64,000 bases of DNA from Candidatus Komeilibacteria bacterium CG11_big_fil_rev_8_21_14_0_20_36_20. Lineage in GTDB: Bacteria > Patescibacteriota > Patescibacteriia > UBA1558 > GWA2-36-10. The notes beneath the pieces were generated by a model. That model saw only the letters and a list, made by a program, of their open reading frames with translations, did no database searches and was not told the DNA's origin. Made by a program: the position numbers and the translations under genes. This document shows positions 11,794 through 22,733 of the stretch, one piece after another (position 1 is the first letter of the stretch; each line of letters starts with the position of its first letter). Location of the stretch: NCBI GenBank assembly GCA_002787405.1, contig PCWQ01000007.1:166250-230249 (forward strand), read 5' to 3'.

Positions 11794-12660
11794 TTATTTC
11801 AAATTAAATAACTTAATGGCATTTTGTCCAGTAATTTCAATAATTTCTTGAACTGACTTATTTTTAATTTCAGCTATTTTTTCCGCTACATATTTAACAT
11901 TAACTGGTTCATTGCGTTTACCACGGAAAGGCACCGGAGTCAGATAAGGAGCATCAGTTTCTATTAGTATTTTATCTAATGGCATCCACTTTACAATTTC
12001 CCTTAAATCCTCTGTTTTGTCAACCACCTTTTTCTTTTTAATAAGTTGATCCTCCGAAGCTTTACGCGAAGGAGGGCCAAATGTAATCACTCCAGTAAAA
12101 CCAAGATAAAATCCAGCTTGTACGAACTGCTTAGCTTCAGCCAGACTGCCACCATAACAATGAATCACACCTTTAAAATATTTATTATTCTCTAAAATAT
12201 TAAAAATATCCTGATAGACATTCTGATCATCGCCATTTCGTCCATGGACAATTAAAGCCAAATTATTATCTTTGGCCAATTGAATGTGTTCTTGAAAAAT
12301 TTGTTTTTGTTTAATTTTTATTTCTTTAATAGAAGCGGCTCCTTTTTTTAAAATTTCATTAAGATGAAAATAATCCAATCCGGTTTCGCCAATAGCGACT
12401 ACTTGCTTGGGATGCTGATCAATTAATTTTTGATAATTAATTATTTCAAACTCCTCATCATAAACATGGATAGGATGCAAGGCAATGGCCGCATAAAAAT
12501 TATTTTCCTGCTTGGCTAGTTCTATTGCTTTTTGACTAGTATCTAAAGCCGCGCCTACATTAATTATTTTCATTTCAGCTTGATGGCAGCGCTGAATAAC
12601 TTCAGCTAAATCCTGATCATAGGCCTGAAAATTCAAATGAGCATGCGTGTCAATCAACAT
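11794..12660 (-). CDS. tatD: TatD-family metal-dependent DNase/hydrolase
   Basis: 288 aa with N-terminal LIDTHAHLNF and the TatD His/Asp pattern. Confidence 0.88.
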   Translation of the reverse strand: MLIDTHAHLNFQAYDQDLAEVIQRCHQAEMKIINVGAALDTSQKAIELAKQENNFYAAIALHPIHVYDEEFEIINYQKLIDQHPKQVVAIGETGLDYFHLNEILKKGAASIKEIKIKQKQIFQEHIQLAKDNNLALIVHGRNGDDQNVYQDIFNILENNKYFKGVIHCYGGSLAEAKQFVQAGFYLGFTGVITFGPPSRKASEDQLIKKKKVVDKTEDLREIVKWMPLDKILIETDAPYLTPVPFRGKRNEPVNVKYVAEKIAEIKNKSVQEIIEITGQNAIKLFNLK

Positions 12661-12661
12661 A

Positions 12662-13168
12662 CTAGAGAATTGATTTTAATTCATTAATAGCGGCGGGAAT
12701 AAATGGCTTAACAATAACGGCTAAATCAGCTGCCCATTGAACTATAAATGACGAAATTAACCGATCATTAATGGCGTCACTAATTGGAAAAATAGATAAT
12801 AAATAAACTATAGCCACAACAGCTAAAATACCACCCAGTAGGCCAACAATCGCTCCCAATAATTTATTGACTAGATCAATAAAAGGAATAATGTGAAAAA
12901 TTCTGTTAATAACAGCAACGATGATATGAACTATAATATTTATAGCAATGAAAATACAAATAAACGCCAAAATATTAGCTAACGACTGATTATCAAAATT
13001 CAAGATATTCATAATCCACTGAGCAGCCATCCCCATATAATGCGAGCCGGCCCAAATGCCAACCACAATCCCCAAAAATTCGCCAATCGCTCCAACTAAT
13101 CCCGCTCGAAACCCCTTCCAAACAAAAAGAAGTAAGATAATTAAAAGAATGATGTCAAATAAACCCAT
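12662..13168 (-). CDS. cvpA: CvpA-family membrane protein
   Basis: 168 aa with 4 TM helices. CvpA-like N-terminus (DIILLIILLLFVWKGFRAGLV). Confidence 0.6.
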   Translation of the reverse strand: MGLFDIILLIILLLFVWKGFRAGLVGAIGEFLGIVVGIWAGSHYMGMAAQWIMNILNFDNQSLANILAFICIFIAINIIVHIIVAVINRIFHIIPFIDLVNKLLGAIVGLLGGILAVVAIVYLLSIFPISDAINDRLISSFIVQWAADLAVIVKPFIPAAINELKSIL

Positions 13169-13417
13169 AGTATTTTTTTAAAATTATTATTCTATTTCGC
13201 TTAATTTAAAATCGTTAATATACAACAAAAATAATCCAATCAACCCTGAGACTATATAACTTAATAGTTCATGATTAGGTAATAAGATATAAATCTATAA
13301 TACCCCACAACCCACGCCAAAACATAATAACTGAGAAAGCAATAAAAATTGAATACCAATTAGGATGACTTTTTTTAATTTTTTGAAAAAATGTGCTTTT
13401 AGAAAACATATATTATT

Positions 13418-14902
13418 TTAATTAATTCTGGGGAATAATGGTTTAACTGGCTTTTTAATCTGCTTGGCAGTCAAAATTTTTAAAATATGCTCCGCGGTCT
13501 GCGGCATAAACGGTTGTAGACTGACAGCAATATTATATAAGTATTTAGTCCAATCCTGCAAAAGCTTTTTTAATTTCTGCTGATCATTATTCTTGGCTAA
13601 TTCCCATGGCTTGTTTTTATCTATCTCTTCATTAACAGTAGAAATAATATTCCAAATTTTTAATAAAGCCAATTTAAAATTTAATTCTTCTATTTCTTGA
13701 TTTATATTAGATAAAAATTTACTTATATTTAAAGATTTTTCTAAATCTTTTTTTGTTAACCCAATATCTCCATCTAGATACTGCTCAATCATATTAGTTA
13801 ATCGATTAATCAAATTGCCCAAGCCATTCACCAAATCGGCATTGTATTTGGCAGGAAAGTCGTTGATTTTAATATCGCTTTCTGAACCAAAAGAAAATTG
13901 GGATAGAATTAAATATTTAGTCACTTCCGAGCCATACTGTTTTACTAAATCATTGGGACTAACGACATTACCCAAGCTCTTGCTCATTTTTTGTCCATTG
14001 ATTTTGAAAAAGCCGTGAATATATAATCCTTTAGGCAAAGGAATATCTAAGACCATTAAAATAGCTGGCCAATATAAAGCATGAAATTTTAAAATATCTA
14101 GAGCTAATAATTGAATATCAGCTGGCCAAAATTTTTGATATAATTCTTTATCAGGATATCCCAGAGCGGTAATATAATTAGACAAAGCGTCAACCCAAAC
14201 ATAAACTTTTTGTTCTTTATCCCAAGGTAAATCAATGCCCCAAGCCACAGATTTAACCGGACGGGAAATAGAAAAGTCGGGCATATTTTGCTTGTTAATT
14301 AAACCGAGCACTTCTTTTTTTCGACCTGGAGGATAAATAATCAGTTGATCTGCTTCAATGGCTTTTTTAATGGCTGGTAAAAAATCACCTAATCTAAAAA
14401 ACCAATTTTTTTCAACTAATTTTTCTGGTTTGCGCTTATGATCAGGACATTGACCGTCGACTAATTCCGCTTCGGTAATAAATTTTTCACAACCAACACA
14501 ATATAATCCCTGATAATCAGCTTCGTAGAGAACATCATTGCCCTGCGGAGTCTTGGTTTGCTTTAACTGATTTAAAATATTAACTACAATTTTCTGATGT
14601 CTATCTTCAGTTGTTCTTATAAAATCATTATATTTAATATCTAATTTTTGCCAAGCATCTTTAAATTGCTGACTAATATTGTCGGTAAATTTCTGCGGCG
14701 TAATTTTTTGTTTGGCTGCAGATTCAGCAACTTTTACTCCATGCTCATCAGTGCCGGTTAAAAAATAAACATTATCATCGCCTAGTTTCTGACGATAATA
14801 GCGAGCTAAAACATCAGCGATAACCGTAGTATAAGCATGACCAATATGCGGCTGATCATTGACGTAATATATTGGTGTGGTAATGTAGAATTTATTTTTC
14901 AT
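13418..14902 (-). CDS. metG: methionyl-tRNA synthetase (short form, no C-terminal tRNA-binding domain)
   Basis: 494 aa with HIGH motif (PHIGHAYTTV) and KMSKS (QKMSKSLGN). Zinc-knuckle cysteines present (CVGCEKF ... CPDHK). Confidence 0.95.
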   Translation of the reverse strand: MKNKFYITTPIYYVNDQPHIGHAYTTVIADVLARYYRQKLGDDNVYFLTGTDEHGVKVAESAAKQKITPQKFTDNISQQFKDAWQKLDIKYNDFIRTTEDRHQKIVVNILNQLKQTKTPQGNDVLYEADYQGLYCVGCEKFITEAELVDGQCPDHKRKPEKLVEKNWFFRLGDFLPAIKKAIEADQLIIYPPGRKKEVLGLINKQNMPDFSISRPVKSVAWGIDLPWDKEQKVYVWVDALSNYITALGYPDKELYQKFWPADIQLLALDILKFHALYWPAILMVLDIPLPKGLYIHGFFKINGQKMSKSLGNVVSPNDLVKQYGSEVTKYLILSQFSFGSESDIKINDFPAKYNADLVNGLGNLINRLTNMIEQYLDGDIGLTKKDLEKSLNISKFLSNINQEIEELNFKLALLKIWNIISTVNEEIDKNKPWELAKNNDQQKLKKLLQDWTKYLYNIAVSLQPFMPQTAEHILKILTAKQIKKPVKPLFPRIN

Positions 14903-15358
14903 TTATTTCTTAAAATTTAATCTCATACAAATACTGTACTCTTTAAAACCTATTTTTTCATAAAATGTAGTTAATTCTTTACTACAATCTAAAATTATCT
15001 TATAACAATTATTTTTCTCTGCGGTTTTAATAGCTTCTTTAAGCAAAGCTTTAGCTAAACCATTTCCTTCAAAGCCCTTACGAGTAACTACATCTTCTAT
15101 ATGTCCAGCTGCCTTGCCGCCATAAAAATATTTTGGCTCAATTAATAATTTTACAGTAGCTATAATTTGATTTTTAGAATCTTCTTCTTGCGATGCTGCT
15201 ACAAAAAAATAGGCCTCTTGCTGCTTAGCTTTCTGCCAAATTGTTTTAAGCTGATTAAAATCTAAATCGCCAACATCACTCATATTAGCCATAGTTTCTA
15301 CAAAACCGCTATTATCAGAAAAATCAGCTTCTTCTAATTGTCTAATTATAAAATTCAT
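14903..15358 (-). CDS. GNAT-family N-acetyltransferase
   Basis: 151 aa with GNAT motif A region (VTRKGFEGNGLAKALLKEA). Confidence 0.8.
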   Translation of the reverse strand: MNFIIRQLEEADFSDNSGFVETMANMSDVGDLDFNQLKTIWQKAKQQEAYFFVAASQEEDSKNQIIATVKLLIEPKYFYGGKAAGHIEDVVTRKGFEGNGLAKALLKEAIKTAEKNNCYKIILDCSKELTTFYEKIGFKEYSICMRLNFKK

Positions 15359-15367
15359 TAATTAATT

Positions 15368-16036
15368 TTATTTATCAACAACAACAACAAATTCCCCTTT
15401 CACTTGCTGTTTATCTTTTTGTAAAATCTCTAAAATCTCTTGGGCCGTACCGCGATAGACTGTTTCAAATTGTTTGGTCAATTCACGGCCAATGATTAAT
15501 TTTTTGGGACAATTTTTTAATTGCTCTAATGTTTTAATAATTCGGTGAACTGATTCAAAAAATATTACTGGCAAATCTGCTTCTGCTATTTTTTTAATCA
15601 AAGTTTGCCGACCTTTTTTATGCGGTAAAAAACCAAGAAATAAAAATTTATCCAGAGAAATTCCGGCAATACTGATCATGGCTGTTAAAGCTGAAGAGCC
15701 GGGCACGGAAATAATTTCCGTGTCCGGAAATTCTGCCAGAACCAACTCAATTAATTTTCCACCAGGATCGGAAACACCAGGAGATCCAGCATCAGTCACT
15801 AAGGCAATATCTTTATCTTCAAAAATAAAATTTTTAATTTTTCCCCAATCTTTGTCTTTACTATGCTGATGCCAGCTTGATAAAACATTTTTAATCTTAT
15901 ATCTTTCAAAAATCTTTTTAGTTACGCGGGTATCTTCAGCTAAAACAACATCTGCTTCTTTTAAAATCCGCAGAGCCCGAAAAGTCAGGTCTTCCAAATT
16001 ACCGATAGGTGTGGCGACAATATATAATTTAGACAT
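15368..16036 (-). CDS. rsmI: 16S rRNA (cytidine1402-2'-O)-methyltransferase RsmI
   Basis: 222 aa with N-terminus LYIVATPIGNLEDLTFRALRILKEADVVLAEDTR. Confidence 0.9.
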   Translation of the reverse strand: MSKLYIVATPIGNLEDLTFRALRILKEADVVLAEDTRVTKKIFERYKIKNVLSSWHQHSKDKDWGKIKNFIFEDKDIALVTDAGSPGVSDPGGKLIELVLAEFPDTEIISVPGSSALTAMISIAGISLDKFLFLGFLPHKKGRQTLIKKIAEADLPVIFFESVHRIIKTLEQLKNCPKKLIIGRELTKQFETVYRGTAQEILEILQKDKQQVKGEFVVVVDK

Positions 16037-17062
16037 TTATTTTGTTGCTTTTGATTTATTGTGTAAAGTCTCAACATAAACTGCTGCCGCCGCCGCAATC
16101 GGTACAGCAACCAAAGCGCCGACCACACCGGCAATGCGCATGCCTATCAAAATACTTAAAATAACCACTAAGGGATTAAGGCCGGTGCTTTTGCCCATTA
16201 CTTTAGGCACAATAATATTGTTTTCTATTTGTTGAACAACGATATATAGAACAATAACGGCGATGGCTTTAGCCGGGCTTTGAGCAAAAGCAAAAAATAT
16301 ACCAGGAATAGCGGCAATCAATGGACCAAGAAAAGGCACTATTTCAAAAATACCAGCTAACAAAGCTAAGATCAAAGCATATTTTATGCCTAGTAAGCTC
16401 AAACCCAAATAAATCAGCAAAAAGATAATAAACGATAAAATCAGCTGCCCCCTTAGCCAAAAACCCATCCGATGCTGTATTTTAGTAATTAAATCAGCCG
16501 CATACTTTTGGTGATGAAAAGGCACAATGCTCTGAACAAAGTTCTTTAAACTATTCTTCTCCACGGTTAAATAAAAAGTGATGACCAACAGCACAAAAAA
16601 ACTAACCACCCCGCCGAAAATTGAGGTGACTAAATTATAAATACTAGAAGAGGCCTGAGATAAACTTTTGGTCAAGTCGGACAAACTGGTGCTCAACGTT
16701 TTGGCAGCTTCTTGACTATCTACTTTTTGCAAATATTGTAACCCACTACTGATCTTGTCATAAAAGTCTGGGAAAGCGCGCGCTAAATCCTTAATTTGGA
16801 GAGTAATTGGATCAATTAAAAGATAGATCGCCCCGCCGACCACAAAGAAAAAAATTAGATAAACCCCAATAATTCCCACCCCCCGAGGAATTTTTTTCTC
16901 TTGTAACCAATCGATGAAAGGGCCAAAAGCCGAAGATAAGATAACAGCTATAAACAACAGAGCTAAAACATCCTTTATTAAATAAAGAAATCCAATCAAC
17001 AGTAAAATAACAATAATACGAACGATAGCATCGGTGGAAATGGAAATTGATTTGTGTGGCAT
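16037..17062 (-). CDS. AI-2E family transporter (PerM/UPF0118)
   Basis: 341 aa with about 8 TM helices. AI-2E-like conserved C-terminal region. Confidence 0.8.
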   Translation of the reverse strand: MPHKSISISTDAIVRIIVILLLIGFLYLIKDVLALLFIAVILSSAFGPFIDWLQEKKIPRGVGIIGVYLIFFFVVGGAIYLLIDPITLQIKDLARAFPDFYDKISSGLQYLQKVDSQEAAKTLSTSLSDLTKSLSQASSSIYNLVTSIFGGVVSFFVLLVITFYLTVEKNSLKNFVQSIVPFHHQKYAADLITKIQHRMGFWLRGQLILSFIIFLLIYLGLSLLGIKYALILALLAGIFEIVPFLGPLIAAIPGIFFAFAQSPAKAIAVIVLYIVVQQIENNIIVPKVMGKSTGLNPLVVILSILIGMRIAGVVGALVAVPIAAAAAVYVETLHNKSKATK

Positions 17063-17110
17063 AATATTATTTCCTCCTTAGAAAATTCTTAATAAATTTT
17101 CCATTAAAAA

Positions 17111-18379
17111 TTATGAATTTAATATTTTTAAAAATTTAGTTTGGTTATCAAAAGGCCCGATGATGGCTAAATTAGCCCGACGCCAATCAATAATATCTTG
17201 AGCCGAGTTGTTAACTTGCGTTAAAGTAACTTTATCCACTTCCCGCAACTTATCCTCTAGATCTTTTATTTTTTGATCAACCAACTCTTGGGAAGCTAAA
17301 AAATTTAAATAATTACTAGGATCTTCCAATTTTAAAATTAATCGTCCCCGAATATTATCTTTAGCTTTGTGCAACTCTTCTTGAGTGATGCCCTTGTCCT
17401 TTATTTTATTTAACTCTGCTTTAATGGCCTCTAGAGATTCGTAAATCTTTTCTTTATTCAACCCTGCTTGGACAGTAAAGGATCCAATGTCTTCATAACC
17501 CTGAGCAGCTGTTTTGATAAAATAACATAAACTCAATTTTTCCCTAATTTCCAAAAACAGACGCGAGCTCATTGTGCCGCCAAGAATATTTGACAATATC
17601 TTACTGATTAAAAATTTCGGATCAGGACCGGCCACATTTTTAAAGCCCAACATTAGCTGAACCTGCTCTAAAGAACGATTCATAATATAAACTCGAGGAG
17701 TCTGTTGATTTGAAAACTCCGTCTTTTGAATTTTAATCCGGGCGCGTTTTTTATCTAAAGGAAAAAGTTTGTTGACTAAATCTAAAACTTTCTTTTCCTG
17801 AAATTTACCGGCCACACCAATAACTGCATTGCCATTATAATAAAATTTGCGATAATAATTATATAAAGCCTGGCGGGAAATTGTCTGCACATTGACTCTT
17901 GGTCCGGAAATTAATTGACTCAGCGGCGCTTTATTAAACAAAAGTCTTTCAAAAACATCTTCAATGTACATCAAAGGATTGTCCTCGTACATATTAATCT
18001 CCTCCACAATCACTCCCCGCTCTCGATCAATATCAGCCGAATCAAATTTAGCGTGATACATCATGTCAGAAATAATATCAACCGCTAAAGGAAAATGGCT
18101 ATTATCAACTGTAATGTAATAACCAGTATGATCTTTACCGGTGAAAGCATTAAACTCAGCACCGACGCTATCTAATTCTCTGGAAATATGAGCCGTGCTT
18201 GGCCTCTTTTCAGTACCCTTAAACATCAGGTGTTCCACAAAGTGAGAAGCGCAATTATTAGCTTTAGTTTCCCAGCGGCTGCCGACTTTATAAAGCACTT
18301 CAAAAGTAACCGCTCTTGTATCTTTTTTGGGAACTAAAATTATAATACTGCCGTCTTTTCTGACAATTCGTTTATACAT
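17111..18379 (-). CDS. M16-family zinc peptidase (pitrilysin/insulinase-like)
   Basis: 422 aa with the inverted zinc motif HFVEH (HxxEH) then a downstream Glu. Confidence 0.85.
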   Translation of the reverse strand: MYKRIVRKDGSIIILVPKKDTRAVTFEVLYKVGSRWETKANNCASHFVEHLMFKGTEKRPSTAHISRELDSVGAEFNAFTGKDHTGYYITVDNSHFPLAVDIISDMMYHAKFDSADIDRERGVIVEEINMYEDNPLMYIEDVFERLLFNKAPLSQLISGPRVNVQTISRQALYNYYRKFYYNGNAVIGVAGKFQEKKVLDLVNKLFPLDKKRARIKIQKTEFSNQQTPRVYIMNRSLEQVQLMLGFKNVAGPDPKFLISKILSNILGGTMSSRLFLEIREKLSLCYFIKTAAQGYEDIGSFTVQAGLNKEKIYESLEAIKAELNKIKDKGITQEELHKAKDNIRGRLILKLEDPSNYLNFLASQELVDQKIKDLEDKLREVDKVTLTQVNNSAQDIIDWRRANLAIIGPFDNQTKFLKILNS

Positions 18380-18396
18380 ATGTAATTAACTTTTAA

Positions 18397-19782
18397 TTAA
18401 TCAAATTTTTCCTGAAAATAAGCTGACAATTCAGCTATGGCAATTCGCTCCTGTTTCATGCTGTCCCGATCGCGCACGGTCACTTTTTTATCTTCTAAAC
18501 TGTCAAAATCGATAGTAACACAATAGGGTGTGCCAATTTCATCTTGCCGACGATACCTTCTGCCGATGGCACTAGTCTCATCATACTGAAGACGATATTT
18601 ATTAGCTAAAGAATTATAAATTTCTTTTGCTAATTTAGCTAACTGCTCTTTTTTAGACAAAGGCAAAATAGCAATTTTAATTGGCACTAATTTAGGATGA
18701 AGTTTTAATACTGTTTCTACTTCTTTAGTGCTCTTAGTAGTAGTTGTCCGACCGCCTTCAATCTCTTGATAGGCATCCATCAAAAATGCCAACAGAGAAC
18801 GATCAGCGCCGCCGGATGTCTCTACTACAGTGGGTAGATATTCTTCACCGCTCTCATCACGCACGGTAAATTTTTCTCCGGAAAATTCCTGATGGCGGCA
18901 TAGGTCCCAAGTACCGCGATGATGAATACCTTCTAGCTCTTTGAAGGTTTCATTTTTGGAAAAATCAAACCTATATTCTATATCCACTGCTTTCTTGGCA
19001 TAGTGAGCTAGCTCGTCCTGATCATGCTCTCGAAAACGTAAATTTTCTTTTTTAACACCCAAAGATAAATACCAGTCATAGCGCCATTTTTTCCACTGAT
19101 TAAAAATCTTATCAGCTTCACTGGCCCGCACAAAATATTGCATCTCCATTTGTTCAAACTCTCTCATTCTGAAAATAAAATTACCAGGCGTAATTTCATT
19201 GCGAAAGGCCTTACCAATCTGAGCCACGCCAAACGGCATTTTGAGCCGCATGCTTTCTTTGATATTTAAAAAATTGAGATAAATTCCCTGAGCTGTTTCC
19301 GGCCGAAGATAAATTTGATTGGCCTGATCTTCCACCGGACCGAGAAAAGTCTTAAACATCAAATTAAATTGGCGGACACCGGTTAATTCACCACCGCAAT
19401 CCGGACATCTCACTTTATTATTTTTAGGCGGCTTATCTTTTAAATAATTAGGTTTTAATCCTTTTTTCTCCAAAAGATGATCGGACCGAAAACGGGCTTT
19501 GCATTTTTTGCAATCCACTAAAGGATCCGTAAAACTTTCCAGATGACCGGAGGCCTCCCATATTTTGGGATGGCTCAAAATAGCCGAATCCAAACCAACC
19601 ACATCTGGCTGAGCCAGCATAAAATCCCACCAAGCTTTTTTAATATTATTTTTCAACTCAACACCCAGCGGACCATAGTCATAAGTAGAATTAAGACCGC
19701 CATAAATTTCGGCGGACGGAAAAACAAAACCCCTGTTTTTGGCCAGATTGACTACTTTATCAAATTTACGTGTATTATCCAT
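18397..19782 (-). CDS. glyQS: glycyl-tRNA synthetase (alpha2 type)
   Basis: 461 aa with class II motifs. N-terminus NLAKNRGFVFPSAEIYGGL... matches the dimeric GlyRS pattern. Confidence 0.93.
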   Translation of the reverse strand: MDNTRKFDKVVNLAKNRGFVFPSAEIYGGLNSTYDYGPLGVELKNNIKKAWWDFMLAQPDVVGLDSAILSHPKIWEASGHLESFTDPLVDCKKCKARFRSDHLLEKKGLKPNYLKDKPPKNNKVRCPDCGGELTGVRQFNLMFKTFLGPVEDQANQIYLRPETAQGIYLNFLNIKESMRLKMPFGVAQIGKAFRNEITPGNFIFRMREFEQMEMQYFVRASEADKIFNQWKKWRYDWYLSLGVKKENLRFREHDQDELAHYAKKAVDIEYRFDFSKNETFKELEGIHHRGTWDLCRHQEFSGEKFTVRDESGEEYLPTVVETSGGADRSLLAFLMDAYQEIEGGRTTTTKSTKEVETVLKLHPKLVPIKIAILPLSKKEQLAKLAKEIYNSLANKYRLQYDETSAIGRRYRRQDEIGTPYCVTIDFDSLEDKKVTVRDRDSMKQERIAIAELSAYFQEKFD

Positions 19783-19804
19783 AAAATAAAGTTTAAGTAA
19801 TCAA

Positions 19805-19833
19805 ATTATAGCGAAAAAATGGGCTTTTAGCAA
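19805..19833 (-). promoter_or_regulatory. sigma70-like promoter of glyQS (TTGCTA-N17-TATAAT)
   Basis: Minus strand: -35 TTGCTA (19833-19828), 17-nt spacer, perfect -10 TATAAT (19810-19805), about 25 nt upstream of the glyQS ATG. Confidence 0.5.
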
Positions 19834-19859
19834 GTTAAACATCAACTGGTTGTGGAATA

Positions 19860-19920
19860 AAAAAATCAAAGACAAACAAAAAAGCTTGACAAAATCATTG
19901 CTGAAATTTTCAAGCTTTTA
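19860..19920 (-). terminator. intrinsic terminator downstream of the clpC-like gene
   Basis: 10-bp stem AAAAGCTTGA/TCAAGCTTTT (19880-19919) with a 19-nt loop, followed on the minus strand by a U-rich tract. Confidence 0.55.
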
Positions 19921-20045
19921 TGATAGGTATAGAATATCCAATTCTAAAATTATTAGGATCACCGACATCAAGTCATATATGTAAAGAACTTTATTGATTC
20001 TATATAACACCTAATGATAAACAATAAATTATCTTATGTCAAATA

Positions 20046-22733
20046 TTAATACCCTCTGGCTTTCTTGACGCTAATCTGTCCACCAACATCATAAACAATG
20101 ACATCTCGACGACCAATTTTGCCGGTGAGTAAAAAATTAGCTAAAGCATTGTCTACTCTTTCCTGAATCACTCGACGTAAAGGCCGAGCACCAAAGACCG
20201 GATCAAAACCAGCCACGGCCAATTCTTTTTGAGCTTCTGGAGTAATTTCAAAAAATATTCCTTTTTGCTCTAAGCGCTTTCTGACTTTATTTAACATTAA
20301 ACCGGCAATTTTAAATATCTCCTCCGGCGTTAAAGGACGAAAAACTACCGTGCCGTCAAAACGGTTGATAAACTCTGGCCGAAAAATATCCCGAATCTGA
20401 TTTTTAATTAAATCATCCTGAAACTCTTCAATTTGACGACCAGCATTAATTTGATCCTGAATATAGGCCGTGCCGGCGTTGGAAGTGGCAATAATAATTA
20501 AATTAGTAAAATCAACTGTTCGCCCTAAAGCATCGGTTAAACGACCATCTTCCATCACTTGTAAAAATACATTTAAAATATCAGGATGGGATTTTTCTAT
20601 CTCATCTAACAACAATAGAGCAAAGGGCTTGTGGCGAACCGCCTCAGTCAACAAACCCGGCGTTCCAGCTTGAGACGAACCAATTAAACGCGGCAGACTG
20701 GATTGGCTTTGATATTCACTCATATCCAACCGAATCATATTTTGCTCATCGCCAAAATATTTTTCCGCGACGGTCTTGGCTAGCTCGGTTTTACCAACAC
20801 CAGTTGGCCCCAGAAACAATAGATTGACAATTGGTCGATTACTATCACGTAACTCTGCCCGAGCCCGACGCAAAGCTGAAGCCACGTGTTTAACCGCTTC
20901 GTCCTGACCAACAATACGTTGATGAATTTCTTCCTCTAAATTCATCAACTTACTTGATTCTTGACTAGTAACTTCAGTTAAAGGAATACTAGTTTTGCGA
21001 CTAACTAGAGAAGCAATGTCTTCGGCTCGCACTAGTTTATCTTGCCGTCCAATTTTAGCAACCATAATGCCGGCTTCATCCATTAAATCAATCGCTTTCT
21101 TTGGTAGAGAAACGTCAGTAATATAGCGATCAGCCAAGTCATGAATTTTCTCTAAAGCATTATAAGTAAAATAAACACCGTGCTTGGCTTCCACTGCCCC
21201 CACATGAGCTTCCATAATTTTAATCGTTTGATTTTTATCCGGCTCATTAATATTGATTTTTTTCAGAGCATACCCTAAGGCCGCTCCCTCTATATATTGA
21301 ACATAATTTTGATTATCAGTAGCGGCAATAACAATAATATTGTGTTTGCGAATTTCCGAAGATAAAATTTCCGCCAAATCAACCCCTTCTGTTCCTTCAG
21401 AGGAAATACCGGCCAATTGATGAATATCATCAATAAATAAGATAATATTACTGGAAATTTCTATTTCATTTAAAAGAGTTAAAAGTCTTTCCTCCAGCTT
21501 ACCAGTGCCTGAAGCGCCAGAAACCAGTAAAGGCACGGAAATACTAACTAGTCGCTTGTCTTGAAATAAATCAGGCAATTCTTCCGCCATCATCCGATTA
21601 GCCAAGCCATCAATAATGGTATTTTTGCCAACGCCTGGAGGACCAACTAAAACTACGCTGGAAAAATCGCTTTCCATAGTAGTAATAACATCCTGAATCT
21701 CGTCTTCTCTAGCTATTGATAGTGGCAAAGCACCTTGCTTAGCCATCTTAGTCAAATCTTGAGAAAAACTATCTAAAATCGGCGTAGCAATAGCGGTATA
21801 GGAACGATTAATACCCGACTTCGGTCGAAAGACAGCTCGCGAACGAAATCTCTGATATCTCTCTACTAATTGTTTATTAATATTGATCCAAGAAATGACA
21901 TTGTCAATTTTATACTCGTCAATATCAAAATTATAGAAAAAATCTCTTACTTCTTTGCTAGCCATAACAACACCGGCTAATAAATCAACTTCCGCAATAT
22001 GATCGGTCTGACGGCTAGTCATATGAAAATAGGCATTCAAAATTAAGTCTTTGGTCTCATCAGTTAAACCGTCGCTAGACTGAGCTAGACCGACTAATTC
22101 CTCTAAATTTTTATCAATGGTTTGTTTTAAAGTCTCTGCCCCCACTCCTAAACGAGCTAGAACCAAACGAATATCTTTATCGTCTAATAAAATAAACAAG
22201 ACATGCCAGACCGACAAAGGAAAAATTTTTTTATGCCGAGCGTAAAGCCAAGCTTTGTCAATAATGCGACTAGCCTCCTGATTTAAACTGTCAGCTAGAT
22301 TATATTTGGTAAAAATTTTCTTGTTCTTTAAAAGACTAAACTTTCGTCTTTCCTGCATCCCTGGGCGAGCCAGACGATAATACAAATACATATCCAGAGC
22401 AATTAGAATAAATAAGAAAAAATTGCGGGGATCCGGCGCGGTTAAAAAAGCCCAAAGCAGTCTTGGTTCAAATTCAACCAAATCCAAAATGTTGTAAATT
22501 AAAACTAAAGTTAAAATAATACCGATTATTAACAAACCATTAATGATAATATTAATAACTTCTTGGAACTCACTAATAAAAATTCGCACGTAATCAATTT
22601 CTTTCTGCCAATAGAAAAAATTATTATTAAAAAAATAAAAACGGCGATAGCCAAAACAAGCTGAACATTTTTTACCGTTGCTCTCGCCCTGCCCCTGGCA
22701 TTCCTCACAAATTTTAAACTTTACTGCTTCCAT
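20046..22733 (-). CDS. ClpA/ClpC-family AAA+ ATPase with an N-terminal zinc ribbon and transmembrane segment
   Basis: 895 aa with two AAA+ modules (Walker A GPPGVGKN and GPTGVGKT). N-terminus has CEECQ ... CSAC and then one hydrophobic helix. Confidence 0.88.
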   Translation of the reverse strand: MEAVKFKICEECQGQGESNGKKCSACFGYRRFYFFNNNFFYWQKEIDYVRIFISEFQEVINIIINGLLIIGIILTLVLIYNILDLVEFEPRLLWAFLTAPDPRNFFLFILIALDMYLYYRLARPGMQERRKFSLLKNKKIFTKYNLADSLNQEASRIIDKAWLYARHKKIFPLSVWHVLFILLDDKDIRLVLARLGVGAETLKQTIDKNLEELVGLAQSSDGLTDETKDLILNAYFHMTSRQTDHIAEVDLLAGVVMASKEVRDFFYNFDIDEYKIDNVISWININKQLVERYQRFRSRAVFRPKSGINRSYTAIATPILDSFSQDLTKMAKQGALPLSIAREDEIQDVITTMESDFSSVVLVGPPGVGKNTIIDGLANRMMAEELPDLFQDKRLVSISVPLLVSGASGTGKLEERLLTLLNEIEISSNIILFIDDIHQLAGISSEGTEGVDLAEILSSEIRKHNIIVIAATDNQNYVQYIEGAALGYALKKININEPDKNQTIKIMEAHVGAVEAKHGVYFTYNALEKIHDLADRYITDVSLPKKAIDLMDEAGIMVAKIGRQDKLVRAEDIASLVSRKTSIPLTEVTSQESSKLMNLEEEIHQRIVGQDEAVKHVASALRRARAELRDSNRPIVNLLFLGPTGVGKTELAKTVAEKYFGDEQNMIRLDMSEYQSQSSLPRLIGSSQAGTPGLLTEAVRHKPFALLLLDEIEKSHPDILNVFLQVMEDGRLTDALGRTVDFTNLIIIATSNAGTAYIQDQINAGRQIEEFQDDLIKNQIRDIFRPEFINRFDGTVVFRPLTPEEIFKIAGLMLNKVRKRLEQKGIFFEITPEAQKELAVAGFDPVFGARPLRRVIQERVDNALANFLLTGKIGRRDVIVYDVGGQISVKKARGY

